Virus record (IMG/VR): IMGVR_UViG_3300027976_000020
Coordinates: 15,570-79,569 of that record
Length of the DNA: 64,000 nucleotides
Reading direction: 5' to 3' (one strand)
Source: a virus
The notes under the pieces are model-generated. The model searched no databases. It was not told the DNA's origin and worked only from the letters and a program-made list of their open reading frames with translations. This document shows, piece after piece, positions 47,234 through 57,740 of this stretch. A program made the position numbers and the translations under genes. The first letter of the stretch is position 1, and the number at the start of each line of letters is the position of its first letter.

Positions 47234-49327
47234 ATGGCCATTAGTAAAATTGCAGGACAGATGTTGAAAGACAATCTCGAAAGAGATGGTGCTAATCTGG
47301 CAATTTCCGACACTATAGCCGATACTCCTATATTCTTAGTTGATGTTACCAATGCCAGAATTGGTATTAACACAGCCACACCAACTGTTAGCTTAGACAT
47401 TGCAGGCAATATTCTTGCAACAGGTATCTACACAACAGTTGATATTGAGTCAGACCTGTTAATATCTAATACACTTGCAGTCGCAACCTCTGCCAATATT
47501 GGCGGCGTTAATATTATAGGAAATTCAATATCAGCAGATTCGGGCATTCTAGAACTAGGGTCTGTTGCCAATATTTCGATCACAGGTGGATCACTCAATT
47601 TCATACTGTCAACAGACGGCACTGGAAATTTATCATGGTCATCATTTGGATCAGTTGGTGTAATTGGTAATAGTATTGCAATGGGTACCAACACACTGGG
47701 CAATCTTGTAAGTAACGCAGTTACGTTAACAACCAGCACAACTGTAACAGATGGTATAACACAATTAAACTCAGTTCTAGGTAAATTGGTTCCACCGTCA
47801 CCTGGAAACTTTCCGGATAGCCAACCACTTTCGATCTCTAGTGTATCAACTTACAGAATGACCAACATTACTCAAGTTGACAATACCCCAGAGACCAATA
47901 AATCAGTAGCCGCAGGAACAGTTGTATCAACTGTTCGTAGAGCCGCTACATACTCTACAAATACTATTTCAACAGTTGGACCGGGTGACTCTGGCACAAT
48001 TGCTGCTGTGCTCAATGGAGTTGATGTTGGGTCAGTTACTTTAAACACATCGGCTAACCCATCTGCCAACGGAACTTACGGCGGTAATCTTGTTATTTCC
48101 AACAACTTTGATTACAACACAGCCAACGCAAACATTGCAGCCGGTTTTTGGTATGTGTTTTCGTCTGCAATTTCAGGCAGCGCAGCACCGGCAGGATGGA
48201 ACGAAGTTTATATTTCTGATACAGCAACTGCAAGCACCACAAATACCCCAGTTTGGTATTATGACAATAGTAGTCCACCTGCTCCAAGTTTTAGCAACAG
48301 CACAATTGCCACAACCGGATCACCTACGTTGTTGTACAGCAGTACTATTCCGCATTATACCACTGCTACTCAATTTACAATAACATCGGATGTGGCCAAC
48401 ATAAGTGGCAATACATATCCAACATCAAATACACTGACATCTGGATCCGCCGCGGGTAGTTTTTCAACCCCTGCGTCAGTCACTTACAGCGCCAGCAACA
48501 TTGGAAGTAATGTTCTTGGCTCTTTTGCATCAGCATCATTTTCAACAACTGCATCGATAGCATCAGGCTTTGGCTCCAGTTCATCTGGTCCGTTAATGAG
48601 CGTAAACAACAGTTATAGTTCAGGCACACTGACACTGACATCAGCTTTGGCCAATGTTGTATTACGAAAAACAGGTACTTCGACAGCAGTTGACGAAAGC
48701 AATATTGTTGTGACCAGTGTTGGCACCGGCAGCGGCAATGCTGTTCGCATTATAAACTCGGGAAACAGCAGCACTCCAACATACACAATTAACGCAGCAA
48801 CCTTCAACAGTCAGTCATCTACGTTAGAAACATACGATGCAGTGGTTGTTGGCACAGGATCGCAAGGTGTACTCAAACACGATCAAACAGATTACACGAC
48901 TGGCTACTTGCCAACTGGTCCTGATTTAAGTGCTGGACGTACAGGAACACAGTATTTTACATTTAAATTTGTAAGATCAGATGTAAGTAAATTTGACATC
49001 ACGTATGCAGGCAATGTAGCTGGTATGTGGGTAGCATTGCCTGGCAGCGCAATAGATTCAAGTTCCAGTGCAAACGGGTGGATTGACATGACAGTGTCTT
49101 ATGCAGGCGCTGGATATCCAGGCGTCAACGCACCAGGCAACGGGTCTGATGGATGTAGTCTTGGTGGTGTAGTTGTTGCCAACTCAAACACAGGCAGCAC
49201 CAGCAAAACTTGTACGTTTGGTACTGTGTCAAGTTCAAGCACTGGCACAAACGAAATTTATGTAAGACTAGCTCTTACATCTGGTCAATCAATGACCGGC
49301 CTTTCTTTAAAAGCAGCGAGTAACTAA
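47234..49327 (+). CDS. Tail fibre/virion structural protein (S/T-rich)
   Basis: RIGINTATP...LDIAG fibre motif, LSTDG.GNLSW; TAAATA at 47208. Confidence 0.7.
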   Translation: MAISKIAGQMLKDNLERDGANLAISDTIADTPIFLVDVTNARIGINTATPTVSLDIAGNILATGIYTTVDIESDLLISNTLAVATSANIGGVNIIGNSISADSGILELGSVANISITGGSLNFILSTDGTGNLSWSSFGSVGVIGNSIAMGTNTLGNLVSNAVTLTTSTTVTDGITQLNSVLGKLVPPSPGNFPDSQPLSISSVSTYRMTNITQVDNTPETNKSVAAGTVVSTVRRAATYSTNTISTVGPGDSGTIAAVLNGVDVGSVTLNTSANPSANGTYGGNLVISNNFDYNTANANIAAGFWYVFSSAISGSAAPAGWNEVYISDTATASTTNTPVWYYDNSSPPAPSFSNSTIATTGSPTLLYSSTIPHYTTATQFTITSDVANISGNTYPTSNTLTSGSAAGSFSTPASVTYSASNIGSNVLGSFASASFSTTASIASGFGSSSSGPLMSVNNSYSSGTLTLTSALANVVLRKTGTSTAVDESNIVVTSVGTGSGNAVRIINSGNSSTPTYTINAATFNSQSSTLETYDAVVVGTGSQGVLKHDQTDYTTGYLPTGPDLSAGRTGTQYFTFKFVRSDVSKFDITYAGNVAGMWVALPGSAIDSSSSANGWIDMTVSYAGAGYPGVNAPGNGSDGCSLGGVVVANSNTGSTSKTCTFGTVSSSSTGTNEIYVRLALTSGQSMTGLSLKAASN

Positions 49328-50649
49328 TGGCAGTCTCAATAACACAATATGTTGATTTACTGTTCAAGAAGCTGCAAGGCGTAGCAAAAACTGCCAACAG
49401 CATATCCAAAGGCGCTTCGAACGAAAGCATTGCTAGCCCGGCATTTATTCGCGGCGATGTTGTTTGGATGGAAGCAGATCAAATTACAGCAACTGCTGGC
49501 GCAATTTCTGGCATTGCCAACGCCAGCATAAATGGAACTTCTGTCGAATGTGTTGCGGATATCACAGTGTCGCCCATTGGTGGTATACGTCCTACGTGGT
49601 TGTCCAATGTACAATATTGGATCCCTCAAGAATTTGGACCCACATGGTTACCAAAAGTTTTTGTAGCCCCGTCCGGGGAAGCCAATATACAAGCAACAGG
49701 AACACAAATATTTGCTGCTGGTATTGGAGGAGTTGGTGAGTACTTTTTTGACACACAAGCCGGAGTGCTGAATTTTATCGGCGAAACTATTCCAAGTGTT
49801 CTCACATCAGGAAATGTAGTTTACATTTCGGGTTATGAATATGTTGGGTCAATTGGTGTAAACAACAACACAGGCAACGTAACAATTGGCAATTTAACAA
49901 TAGCCAACACTACTATATCAACATCGCTTGCTGATGGCAACATAACACTTGATGCAACCGGTAATGCAATTGTGCAAATTACAGGAACTGCCGGTGTTTC
50001 CATTCCGACTGGTGATACCGGGGATCGCCCAAATCCAGCAATTGCAGGAACGTTGCGCCTTAACACTGATACAAATATTGTAGAAGTATACACAGGATCT
50101 GTTTGGAAAAGTGCCGGCGAAGGATTGTCAGTTATCAGTAACCAAACTATCGAAGGCGACGGAGTTACTGATACGTTTACACTGAATCAAGACGCCACAG
50201 CAGCCGGCATACTGGTCACTATCAACGGTGTTAATCAAACACCTGGTGCGGATTACGATGTATCCAGTGGTGATCAAATAACATTTACAACAACTCCAAT
50301 TGTGTCAGACACTGTGCAAGTTCGATTTATCACAGTGACCACTACAATTTCTGCATTGACAAACACCAGTGGAAATACCACAGTTGCAACCACTGCAAGC
50401 GGAAATATCAATTTTGAAATAAATAGTTTGACAGTAGCACAGATAACCAATGCCAGTATTTTGGATATCAGTGCAGCCCACAGCCTTCGATTGCCTACAT
50501 ACACAGTAAGCCAGGCCAGTGGGTTAAGCAACGTAGCAACGGGACAGGTAATTTATGTTTCGGACGGAGCTTCTGGATCACCATGTCTGGCAGTATACAG
50601 CGTCGGTGGTTGGAAGCAAATTGCAATCGGCAGCGCTATTACAACCTAA
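49327..50649 (+). CDS. Tail fibre/virion structural protein
   Basis: IPTG.T..RP...G.LR.NT, GDGVT..FTL, V.INGV.Q.P..DY modules. Confidence 0.7.
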   Translation: MAVSITQYVDLLFKKLQGVAKTANSISKGASNESIASPAFIRGDVVWMEADQITATAGAISGIANASINGTSVECVADITVSPIGGIRPTWLSNVQYWIPQEFGPTWLPKVFVAPSGEANIQATGTQIFAAGIGGVGEYFFDTQAGVLNFIGETIPSVLTSGNVVYISGYEYVGSIGVNNNTGNVTIGNLTIANTTISTSLADGNITLDATGNAIVQITGTAGVSIPTGDTGDRPNPAIAGTLRLNTDTNIVEVYTGSVWKSAGEGLSVISNQTIEGDGVTDTFTLNQDATAAGILVTINGVNQTPGADYDVSSGDQITFTTTPIVSDTVQVRFITVTTTISALTNTSGNTTVATTASGNINFEINSLTVAQITNASILDISAAHSLRLPTYTVSQASGLSNVATGQVIYVSDGASGSPCLAVYSVGGWKQIAIGSAITT

Positions 50650-50776
50650 CTTTTTCCTGCACTGGAAATTAACTACCCAGTGAGGTTTCCTCACGATTTT
50701 GGTAAATATATTCAGTAGTATTGAACGCATAGTGATGGGCATTGTGCAGGAACAAATATAAAATAGGAGTCTTAAA

Positions 50777-53700
50777 ATGGCTGTAACCAGAATTAAGAAT
50801 AATCAGATAACTGACGCAACAATTGTTGCAAGTTCAAAGTTAACTGATTATTCAATCAGCGCAGGAAAAATTGCTAACAACTTAGTTTATGGATCAAACC
50901 TAACAGTTTCTGGAAACCTAACAGTTTCCGGAAACACCACTGCAATTGACACCAACATAACAACAATTGAAGATCCGGTTATTTTGTTGGCATCAACAGC
51001 AACAGGTGCACCTTCAGTTGACATTGGTTTTCTAGGGCAACGTGGATCAAGCACAAACATTGCGTTTGTATGGGACGAAAGTCAAGGCTTGTTTGTAACA
51101 GCGTTTACAAACACAGCTGAAACTGAAACAACCATCAACATCACTGCGTATGCCAGTACCAAAGTATTGAATTCAGAAGTAACTGGTGATCTACGTGTCA
51201 CAGGCGCAAGTAACATTGCCAGCATGAACGTTGCTGCTGCATCAACTATTGACTTTAACACAAGTGTTATTGGAAACATTGGAACGCCTGTTGCTGCAAC
51301 AGACGCTGCTACAAAAGCATATGTTGACAGCGAATTAAGTGCATCAGGATTCAGTATCACCGACGGTGTCACAACCGAAGCAGTAGTAGGCGGCGACACA
51401 ATCGAGTTTGAAGGCGACACCAACATCACTGTCACTGTTGACCAAGTTTCTGGTACAGAAAGTAATGTTGCTGTTGTATTGAACAACAGTATTACTCTTT
51501 CTGGCACAATCACAGGCGGCAACTTGGCAACAGGTGGCACTGTAAGTTCAACTGGAACAGCTACTTTGGGCAATGTTGCCACAGGTGGAACAATCAGTTC
51601 AACTGGAACAGCCACACTGGGCAACATTGCAACAGGTGGAACCGTAAGTTCTGTTGGTACAATCACAGGTGGTAATATTGCCACAGGTGGTACAATCAGT
51701 TCAACTGGCACAGCCACATTAGGCAATGTTGACACAGCTGGCGCAATCAGTTCAACTGGTACAGCTACATTGGGCAACGTTGCAACTGGTGGAACCGTAA
51801 GTTCTGTTGGTTCTATCACAGGTGGAAGTATTGCTTCTGGCACTACAGTAAGCGCAGCAGGTACAATCACTGGTGGAAACGTTGCAACTGGTGGAACAAT
51901 CAGTTCAACTGGAACAGCCACACTGGGTAATGTTGCAACAGGTGGTACTGTAAGTTCAACTGGCACAGCCACATTGGGCAACGTTGCAACTGGTGGTACT
52001 GTAAGTGCTGTTGGCACAATCACAAGTGATGCTACAATCAGCGGTGGCAACTTGGCAACTGGTGGAACAGTAAGTTCGACTGGTACAGCTACTTTGGGCA
52101 ATGTTGCCACAGGTGGAACAATCAGTGCAGCAAGCACAATCACAGGTGGTAACGTACTAACTGGTGGAACAATCAGTGCTACCAGCACTATCACAAGTGC
52201 TGATACAATCACAGGTGGTAACATTGCAACTGGTGGAGCAATCAGTTCAACTGGTACAGCTACTTTGGGCAATGTTGCCACAGGTGGAACTATAAGTTCT
52301 ACAGGCACAGCTACTTTGGGCAATGTTGCAAGTTCTGGATTTATTTCCACAACCGGTAACGTAAGTGCTGGAAATGTCAATACATCTGACATTGTTGGCG
52401 CAACAGTTACTGTCACATCTGCTGGTGCTATTTCATTGGCTGGTACAGAAATCAACGCCAATAGTACAAAAATTCTCAACTTGGCTGACCCAACCAGCGG
52501 CGGCGATGCTGCCAACAAGCAATATGTTGATTCAGTTGCTGAAGGTCTAAACGTTAAAGCAGCAGTAATTGCCGCAACAGACGGCAACATCACATTGAGT
52601 GGTGCTCAAACAATTGATGGTATCAGTATTGTTGCTGGCAATCGTGTTTTGGTCAAAGACCAAACTGCTCCTGCTGAAAATGGTATCTATGTTGCCGCTG
52701 CCGGAGCATGGGCCCGTTCTACTGACATGGACGTATGGGCAGAATTTCCTGGTGCGTTTACTTTTGTTACAACTGGTACTGACTACGCCGATACAGGTTG
52801 GGTATGTACATCTGATGCAGGCGGCACACTTGGCGTAACAGCAGTTACATGGAGTCAGTTCTCTGGTGCAGGTCAATACACTGCTGGTGCTGGTTTAGAC
52901 CTAACTGGTGTGATATTCAGTGTCAACGTTGACGAAACTACAACTACAATCACAGGCGATGCTGTTGTGGTTAAAGCAAGTGCTCAGTTTGTAACACCAA
53001 ATATTGGTGCTGCTACAGGTGCAAGTTTAAGTGCAACTGGTGCTGTTACTGCTGATGCTACAATCACAGGTGGTAATGTTGCAACAGGTGGAACAATCAG
53101 TTCAACAGGAACTGCTACAGTTGGTAATGTTGCAACAGGTGGAACAATCAGCTCAACTGGAACTGCTACTGCTGGTAATTTGGTAACAGGCGGCACATTG
53201 AGTGTTACTGGAACAGCTACTGTTGGTAACGTTGCAACTGGTGGAACAATCATTGCTACTAGTTCTATCACAGGCGGAAGTGTTGCTACAAGTGGCACAG
53301 TAAGTGCAACGGGCACAATCACAGGTGGTAATATTGCCACAGGCGGAACAGTAAGTTCAACTGGTACAGCTACTTTGGGCAACGTTGCCACCGGCGGTAC
53401 TGTAAGTGCTACAGGTACAATTACCGGCGGTAACGTACTAACTGGTGGAACAATCAGTGCTACCAGCACTATCACAAGTGATGCTACTATCACAGGTGGT
53501 AATATTGCCACAGGCGGAACAGTAAGTTCAACTGGTACAGCTACTTTGGGCAATGTTGCCACAGGTGGAACAATCAGTTCAACTGGAACAGCCACACTGG
53601 GTAATGTTGCAACAGGTGGTACTGTAAGTTCAACCGGAACAGCTACTTTGGGCAACGTTGCAACAGGTGGAACAATTGATTCAACTGGTACAGCTACTTT

Positions 53701-55474
53701 GGGCAACGTTGCAACAGGTGGAACAATCAGTGCTGTTGGTACAATCACAAGCGATGACACAATCACTGGTGGCAACCTGGCAACTGGTGGAACAATCAGT
53801 TCAACTGGAACAGCCACACTGGGTAATGTTGCAACAGGTGGTACGGTAAGTGCTACAGGTTCAGTTACAGGTGGAAGTATTGCTACAGGCACCACAGTGA
53901 GTGCTGCTGGCACTATCACAGGTGGTAATGTTGCAACTGGTGGAACTGTAAGTTCAACTGGAACAGCCACACTAGGTAATGTTGCAACAGGCGGAACAAT
54001 CAGTTCAACCGGAACAGCTACTTTGGGCAATGTTGCCACAGGTGGTACTGTGAGTGCTACAGGCACAATCACAGGCGGTAATGTTACAACGGCTGGTACA
54101 TCTAGTCTGGGTAACATTCGTATCAGCAGCGACGACATTACTGATGTAGGCGGCGGAATTGTTAATATTAACCAAGCACTTGACAATGTTGACTTTGCTG
54201 TAAACGGTGATACAACTGCCAACGTGTTGTTTGTTGATGCCGGAACAGAAACAGTCAGTATTGGTAGTTCAACACAGACAACTGGCGTTATATTGGCAAT
54301 GAATTCTACAACATCATTCCTGCAACCAGTTGGTAACACAGCACAGCGTCCAGCTACCGGTGTAACAGGTATGTTGCGTTTCAACAGTCAAGTAAACAGT
54401 GTAGAAGTTTACAACAACACTGAATGGGTAGCAGTTGGTGTGCAAGAAATTACAGTTATTACCGATGATCAGTTTGCTGGTGATGATGTTACTGTTGCCT
54501 TTACGCTAACTGAAGAATCAACTACATCAGGTACAATTGTTGCAATTAACGGTATTCAACAGGTCCCAACCAGTGCTTACTCTGTAGCTGGCACAACATT
54601 GACGTTTACTGAAGCTCCTGCTACAGGCGACGTGATTGACTGTCGTATCTTGACCACTACCACCACTGTTACCGGTATTACCGATGGTACAAGTAGTATT
54701 GACATTGACGGCAGCGGCGGAAACGTTGTAATAGAAGTTGGCGGTACTGACATTGCTGTGTACCATCCAGGTGGTGAAAATATCACTGGTGCAATAAGTG
54801 CAACTGGCACAATCACTGGCGGAAACGTTGCAACAGGTGGTACTATGAGTGCAACTGGTGTACTCACAGGCGGCTCAATTACCACAGGTACTACAGTAAG
54901 TGCCACTGGCAATGTAACTGGTGCGTTTATCATTGGTAATGGTTCACAACTAACTGGTTTGCCAGCAGGTTATGCCAATTCTGACGTTGCTGCATACTTG
55001 GCCGGTGGTACTGTAAGTACTGATATCAAGACAACTGCAACAATCAGTGCTGCTGGCACAGTTACAGGTACATCGTTTATTGGTGTTGCAACATCAGCTC
55101 AATACGCTGACTTGGCAGAAAAATACACAGCTGACGCTGAGTATGCTCCGGGTACAGTGGTATCGTTTGGTGGTGATGCCGAAGTTACTGCAAGTACAGA
55201 TGCCGACACTCGTGTTGCAGGTGTTGTTTCTACAAACCCTGCGTTTACCATGAACAACAACTTGGTTGCTGATCATGTGGTCACTGTGGCATTTACTGGT
55301 CGTGTACCATGTCGTGTTGCTGGAACTGTACGCAAAGGTGATTTGATGGTATCTGCTGGAAATGGTTTGGCCCGCGCCGAATCAAATCCTGCACCAGGAA
55401 CAATCATTGGTAAAGCTCTTGCTAACCATGATGGTGCCGAAGGTACAATCGAAGTTGTAGTCGGACGCTTCTAA
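50777..55474 (+). CDS. Long tail fibre with 17-aa Gly/Thr repeats and C-terminal intramolecular chaperone/autoprotease-like domain
   Basis: DAATKAYVD and RVLVKDQT...NGIY fibre motifs; dozens of TGTATLGNVATGGT(I/V)SS repeats; C-terminal YADLAEKY...GVVST.P...GRVPC.V.G...KGD...IGKAL. Confidence 0.85.
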   Translation: MAVTRIKNNQITDATIVASSKLTDYSISAGKIANNLVYGSNLTVSGNLTVSGNTTAIDTNITTIEDPVILLASTATGAPSVDIGFLGQRGSSTNIAFVWDESQGLFVTAFTNTAETETTINITAYASTKVLNSEVTGDLRVTGASNIASMNVAAASTIDFNTSVIGNIGTPVAATDAATKAYVDSELSASGFSITDGVTTEAVVGGDTIEFEGDTNITVTVDQVSGTESNVAVVLNNSITLSGTITGGNLATGGTVSSTGTATLGNVATGGTISSTGTATLGNIATGGTVSSVGTITGGNIATGGTISSTGTATLGNVDTAGAISSTGTATLGNVATGGTVSSVGSITGGSIASGTTVSAAGTITGGNVATGGTISSTGTATLGNVATGGTVSSTGTATLGNVATGGTVSAVGTITSDATISGGNLATGGTVSSTGTATLGNVATGGTISAASTITGGNVLTGGTISATSTITSADTITGGNIATGGAISSTGTATLGNVATGGTISSTGTATLGNVASSGFISTTGNVSAGNVNTSDIVGATVTVTSAGAISLAGTEINANSTKILNLADPTSGGDAANKQYVDSVAEGLNVKAAVIAATDGNITLSGAQTIDGISIVAGNRVLVKDQTAPAENGIYVAAAGAWARSTDMDVWAEFPGAFTFVTTGTDYADTGWVCTSDAGGTLGVTAVTWSQFSGAGQYTAGAGLDLTGVIFSVNVDETTTTITGDAVVVKASAQFVTPNIGAATGASLSATGAVTADATITGGNVATGGTISSTGTATVGNVATGGTISSTGTATAGNLVTGGTLSVTGTATVGNVATGGTIIATSSITGGSVATSGTVSATGTITGGNIATGGTVSSTGTATLGNVATGGTVSATGTITGGNVLTGGTISATSTITSDATITGGNIATGGTVSSTGTATLGNVATGGTISSTGTATLGNVATGGTVSSTGTATLGNVATGGTIDSTGTATLGNVATGGTISAVGTITSDDTITGGNLATGGTISSTGTATLGNVATGGTVSATGSVTGGSIATGTTVSAAGTITGGNVATGGTVSSTGTATLGNVATGGTISSTGTATLGNVATGGTVSATGTITGGNVTTAGTSSLGNIRISSDDITDVGGGIVNINQALDNVDFAVNGDTTANVLFVDAGTETVSIGSSTQTTGVILAMNSTTSFLQPVGNTAQRPATGVTGMLRFNSQVNSVEVYNNTEWVAVGVQEITVITDDQFAGDDVTVAFTLTEESTTSGTIVAINGIQQVPTSAYSVAGTTLTFTEAPATGDVIDCRILTTTTTVTGITDGTSSIDIDGSGGNVVIEVGGTDIAVYHPGGENITGAISATGTITGGNVATGGTMSATGVLTGGSITTGTTVSATGNVTGAFIIGNGSQLTGLPAGYANSDVAAYLAGGTVSTDIKTTATISAAGTVTGTSFIGVATSAQYADLAEKYTADAEYAPGTVVSFGGDAEVTASTDADTRVAGVVSTNPAFTMNNNLVADHVVTVAFTGRVPCRVAGTVRKGDLMVSAGNGLARAESNPAPGTIIGKALANHDGAEGTIEVVVGRF
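51500..54115 (+). repeat. Two arrays of degenerate 51-bp (17-aa) coding repeats
   Basis: Arrays at about 51500-52380 and 53030-54115, separated by a non-repetitive domain; synonymous variation between units. Confidence 0.9.
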
Positions 55475-55514
55475 AAGGTTTATACTAGCAGGCAACTGCT
55501 GGTATTACCTACCG

Positions 55515-55543
55515 AGAATAGGACCCAACGGTCCTATTCTTTT
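55515..55543 (+). terminator. Rho-independent terminator
   Basis: AGAATAGGACC-CAAC-GGTCCTATTCT-TTT, followed immediately by TAAATA (55547). Confidence 0.85.
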
Positions 55544-55574
55544 GGCTAAATATAGATAACAAAATGGAAAACAA

Positions 55575-56651
55575 ATGGGATTAACCAAACCTCGTGCATC
55601 GCAAATTCTTGATTTAGATTACAAACAAGCAACCCGTGTGATAACTGTTGCTGATGTAACACTAAGTAGTGGTGCTCCGTTGGTGGTTGACGGAGTGTCG
55701 TTGAACGCAGGCGATCGTGTTCTAGTGACTGGTCAAAGTACCGGCAGCCAAAACGGAATTTATGTAGTAACAGTAGTTGGCGTAGGGTCAGACGGAACAT
55801 GGGCTCGTACAAATGATGCCAACGAAGATGATGAGATTTCTGGCGGCATGATTATTATGGTTACCGAAGGCTCTGTTTACCAAGACACTCAGTGGAAACT
55901 AACAACCAACGACCCTATTGAACTGGGAGTGACCAGTTTAACTTTTGTAATCAATATTTTAAGCAGCGTGGGCGGTGCCAATACACAAGTACAAATAAAT
56001 GATGCTGGCACATTAAGTGGATTTGGCAACTTTGTGTTTGATAAAATAACAAATGTTCTTTCAGTTACAGGCAACGTTGCTGGGACATATATATTAGGCG
56101 ATGGTAGTCAGTTGACTGGCTTGCCAGCAGGGTATGCTGACTCAGATGTTGCTGCATACTTGACCAGTGGTACGGTCAGCACTGATATCAAGACAACTGC
56201 AACAATCAGTGCCACTGGTACAGTTACAGGTTCGTCATTTGTTGGTGTTGCAACATCGGCTCAATACGCTGACTTGGCAGAAAATTACCTTGCAGACTAT
56301 TCTTACAACGCAGGCACAGTTGTTGAATTTGGCGGCAGCGCAGAAGTTACTATTTCTTCCACAAGTCATAGCACCGCGGTTGCTGGTATTGTCAGCACTG
56401 ACCCTGCTTACTTAATGAACTCTCATTTAGTAGGTGAACATGTTGTTGCTGTTGCATTAACAGGGCGTGTTCCGTGTGTGGTACAAGGTCCTGTGAAAAA
56501 AGGAACTGTGCTAGTTGCTGGAACAATACCCGGAACAGCTATGGCTATTGATAATTTAATATTTCAACCTGGTTGTGTAGTGGGCAAAGCATTGGAATTG
56601 ATTGATTCTGTTGATGTAAAAACTATCGAAGTGGCGGTGGGAAGATTATGA
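55575..56651 (+). CDS. Short tail fibre with the same C-terminal chaperone-like domain
   Basis: GDRVLV..Q.....NGIY, YADLAENY...GRVPC.V.G. Confidence 0.8.
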   Translation: MGLTKPRASQILDLDYKQATRVITVADVTLSSGAPLVVDGVSLNAGDRVLVTGQSTGSQNGIYVVTVVGVGSDGTWARTNDANEDDEISGGMIIMVTEGSVYQDTQWKLTTNDPIELGVTSLTFVINILSSVGGANTQVQINDAGTLSGFGNFVFDKITNVLSVTGNVAGTYILGDGSQLTGLPAGYADSDVAAYLTSGTVSTDIKTTATISATGTVTGSSFVGVATSAQYADLAENYLADYSYNAGTVVEFGGSAEVTISSTSHSTAVAGIVSTDPAYLMNSHLVGEHVVAVALTGRVPCVVQGPVKKGTVLVAGTIPGTAMAIDNLIFQPGCVVGKALELIDSVDVKTIEVAVGRL

Positions 56652-57316
56652 TCAGAGAACAATACCGTAGTGATTATGAAGGTGAATTTGTAATCACCGA
56701 AAGCAAATGGTCTGCAGGCAAAAAAAGTCAAAATAGAGAATGGGTAGAAAACCCAATCAACAACCAACACGTCAGTGGCCGCGCTGCTTGTATTGTTGGC
56801 AACATTGACAAAGAACGTTTTGACTACACACGACTGCAACGCCATAAAGGCGGACTACTAAGCTCTAAAAAATTACAAACATATGGCACTGGGTCTATCA
56901 CCAAAGAAATGCGTTTGGATTTTGCTGTTGAAATCAATAGACCAATACTACAGGATATATTAGATCGCAAATACTCAACTGACAATATTGTGTACACCAC
57001 TACCAGAAACTGTTTGGTAAATCCAGGAGAGTTTTATTTGATTCCGTACAATACACTTATGGCAATGGAAGCACTTATGCTTTGGTTGGCAGCGTTTGAC
57101 GGACATAAAGAAATCTTTATGATAGGATACAACAATTTAACAAATGGCACAACCAGCGAATGGATGTCACATGTGAACACAGTTATCGGTGTGTTTCAAT
57201 CTGTTAAATTTACGTTGGTTGGCGAAGAAACTTCTATGCCAATAGCATGGCGCAAAAACGCCAATGTTGATTGTATAGACTACCGCAGTTTTGTCACATA
57301 CTGCGATGTCAGGTAA
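56648..57316 (+). CDS. Hypothetical protein (distantly similar to 45276 product)
   Basis: ATGA overlap; LAAFDGHKEIFMIGY resembles IAATDQHTKIYIIGF. Confidence 0.6.
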   Translation: MIREQYRSDYEGEFVITESKWSAGKKSQNREWVENPINNQHVSGRAACIVGNIDKERFDYTRLQRHKGGLLSSKKLQTYGTGSITKEMRLDFAVEINRPILQDILDRKYSTDNIVYTTTRNCLVNPGEFYLIPYNTLMAMEALMLWLAAFDGHKEIFMIGYNNLTNGTTSEWMSHVNTVIGVFQSVKFTLVGEETSMPIAWRKNANVDCIDYRSFVTYCDVR

Positions 57317-57740
57317 TACTGTTTTCGATAGTGGACATTTTACCACGAACAGCATCAAAATTCACAGTTGACCATAACCCAGGGTGCATGGGCCTAGGCC
57401 AAGTGCCACTGGCAATCCACGCCCACCCAATGTGCTCTTCGTTCAATACTGGAGCAAACTCGTTAGCAACACTACAAAAGAATGTGTGATAAAAAAATCC
57501 GCCATCTGCACTGGTAAACTTTTCTATTGGTACCAACTTTAAATAGTAAGGCATTGAACCCAATTCTTCTTCGCACTCTCTAACCATTGCTGCCATCAGT
57601 GTTTCGTCTGCTTCTACTTTACCTCCGGGTAGCCCCCAAGAGTCTGGATGTCTTGTATCGTTGCGCAACAAATAAAGATACCGCTGTGTGCTGACGCTAA
57701 AAAACCAAACACCAACTGCGTTCAAAGTACTATTCTCCAT
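57309..57740 (-). CDS. Nudix hydrolase
   Basis: WGLPGGKVEADETLMAAMVRECEEELG Nudix box, LNEEH..WAW; probable start ATG 57740. Confidence 0.9.
   Translation of the reverse strand: MENSTLNAVGVWFFSVSTQRYLYLLRNDTRHPDSWGLPGGKVEADETLMAAMVRECEEELGSMPYYLKLVPIEKFTSADGGFFYHTFFCSVANEFAPVLNEEHIGWAWIASGTWPRPMHPGLWSTVNFDAVRGKMSTIENSIT

Noticed and set aside
51500-54115. Regularly spaced repeats resembling a CRISPR array
   Set aside because: Units are degenerate at third codon positions, in frame within a protein, lack unique spacers, and no cas genes are present.
51082-54384. Long minus-strand ORFs (503 and 466 aa) rich in VPPVA
   Set aside because: Antisense mirror of the repetitive fibre gene; no SD or promoter, and stop avoidance is explained by the sense-strand codon pattern.
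54930-56285. Possible DGR template/variable repeat pair
   Set aside because: Both copies are coding, differences are not confined to adenines, and no reverse transcriptase is in the window.
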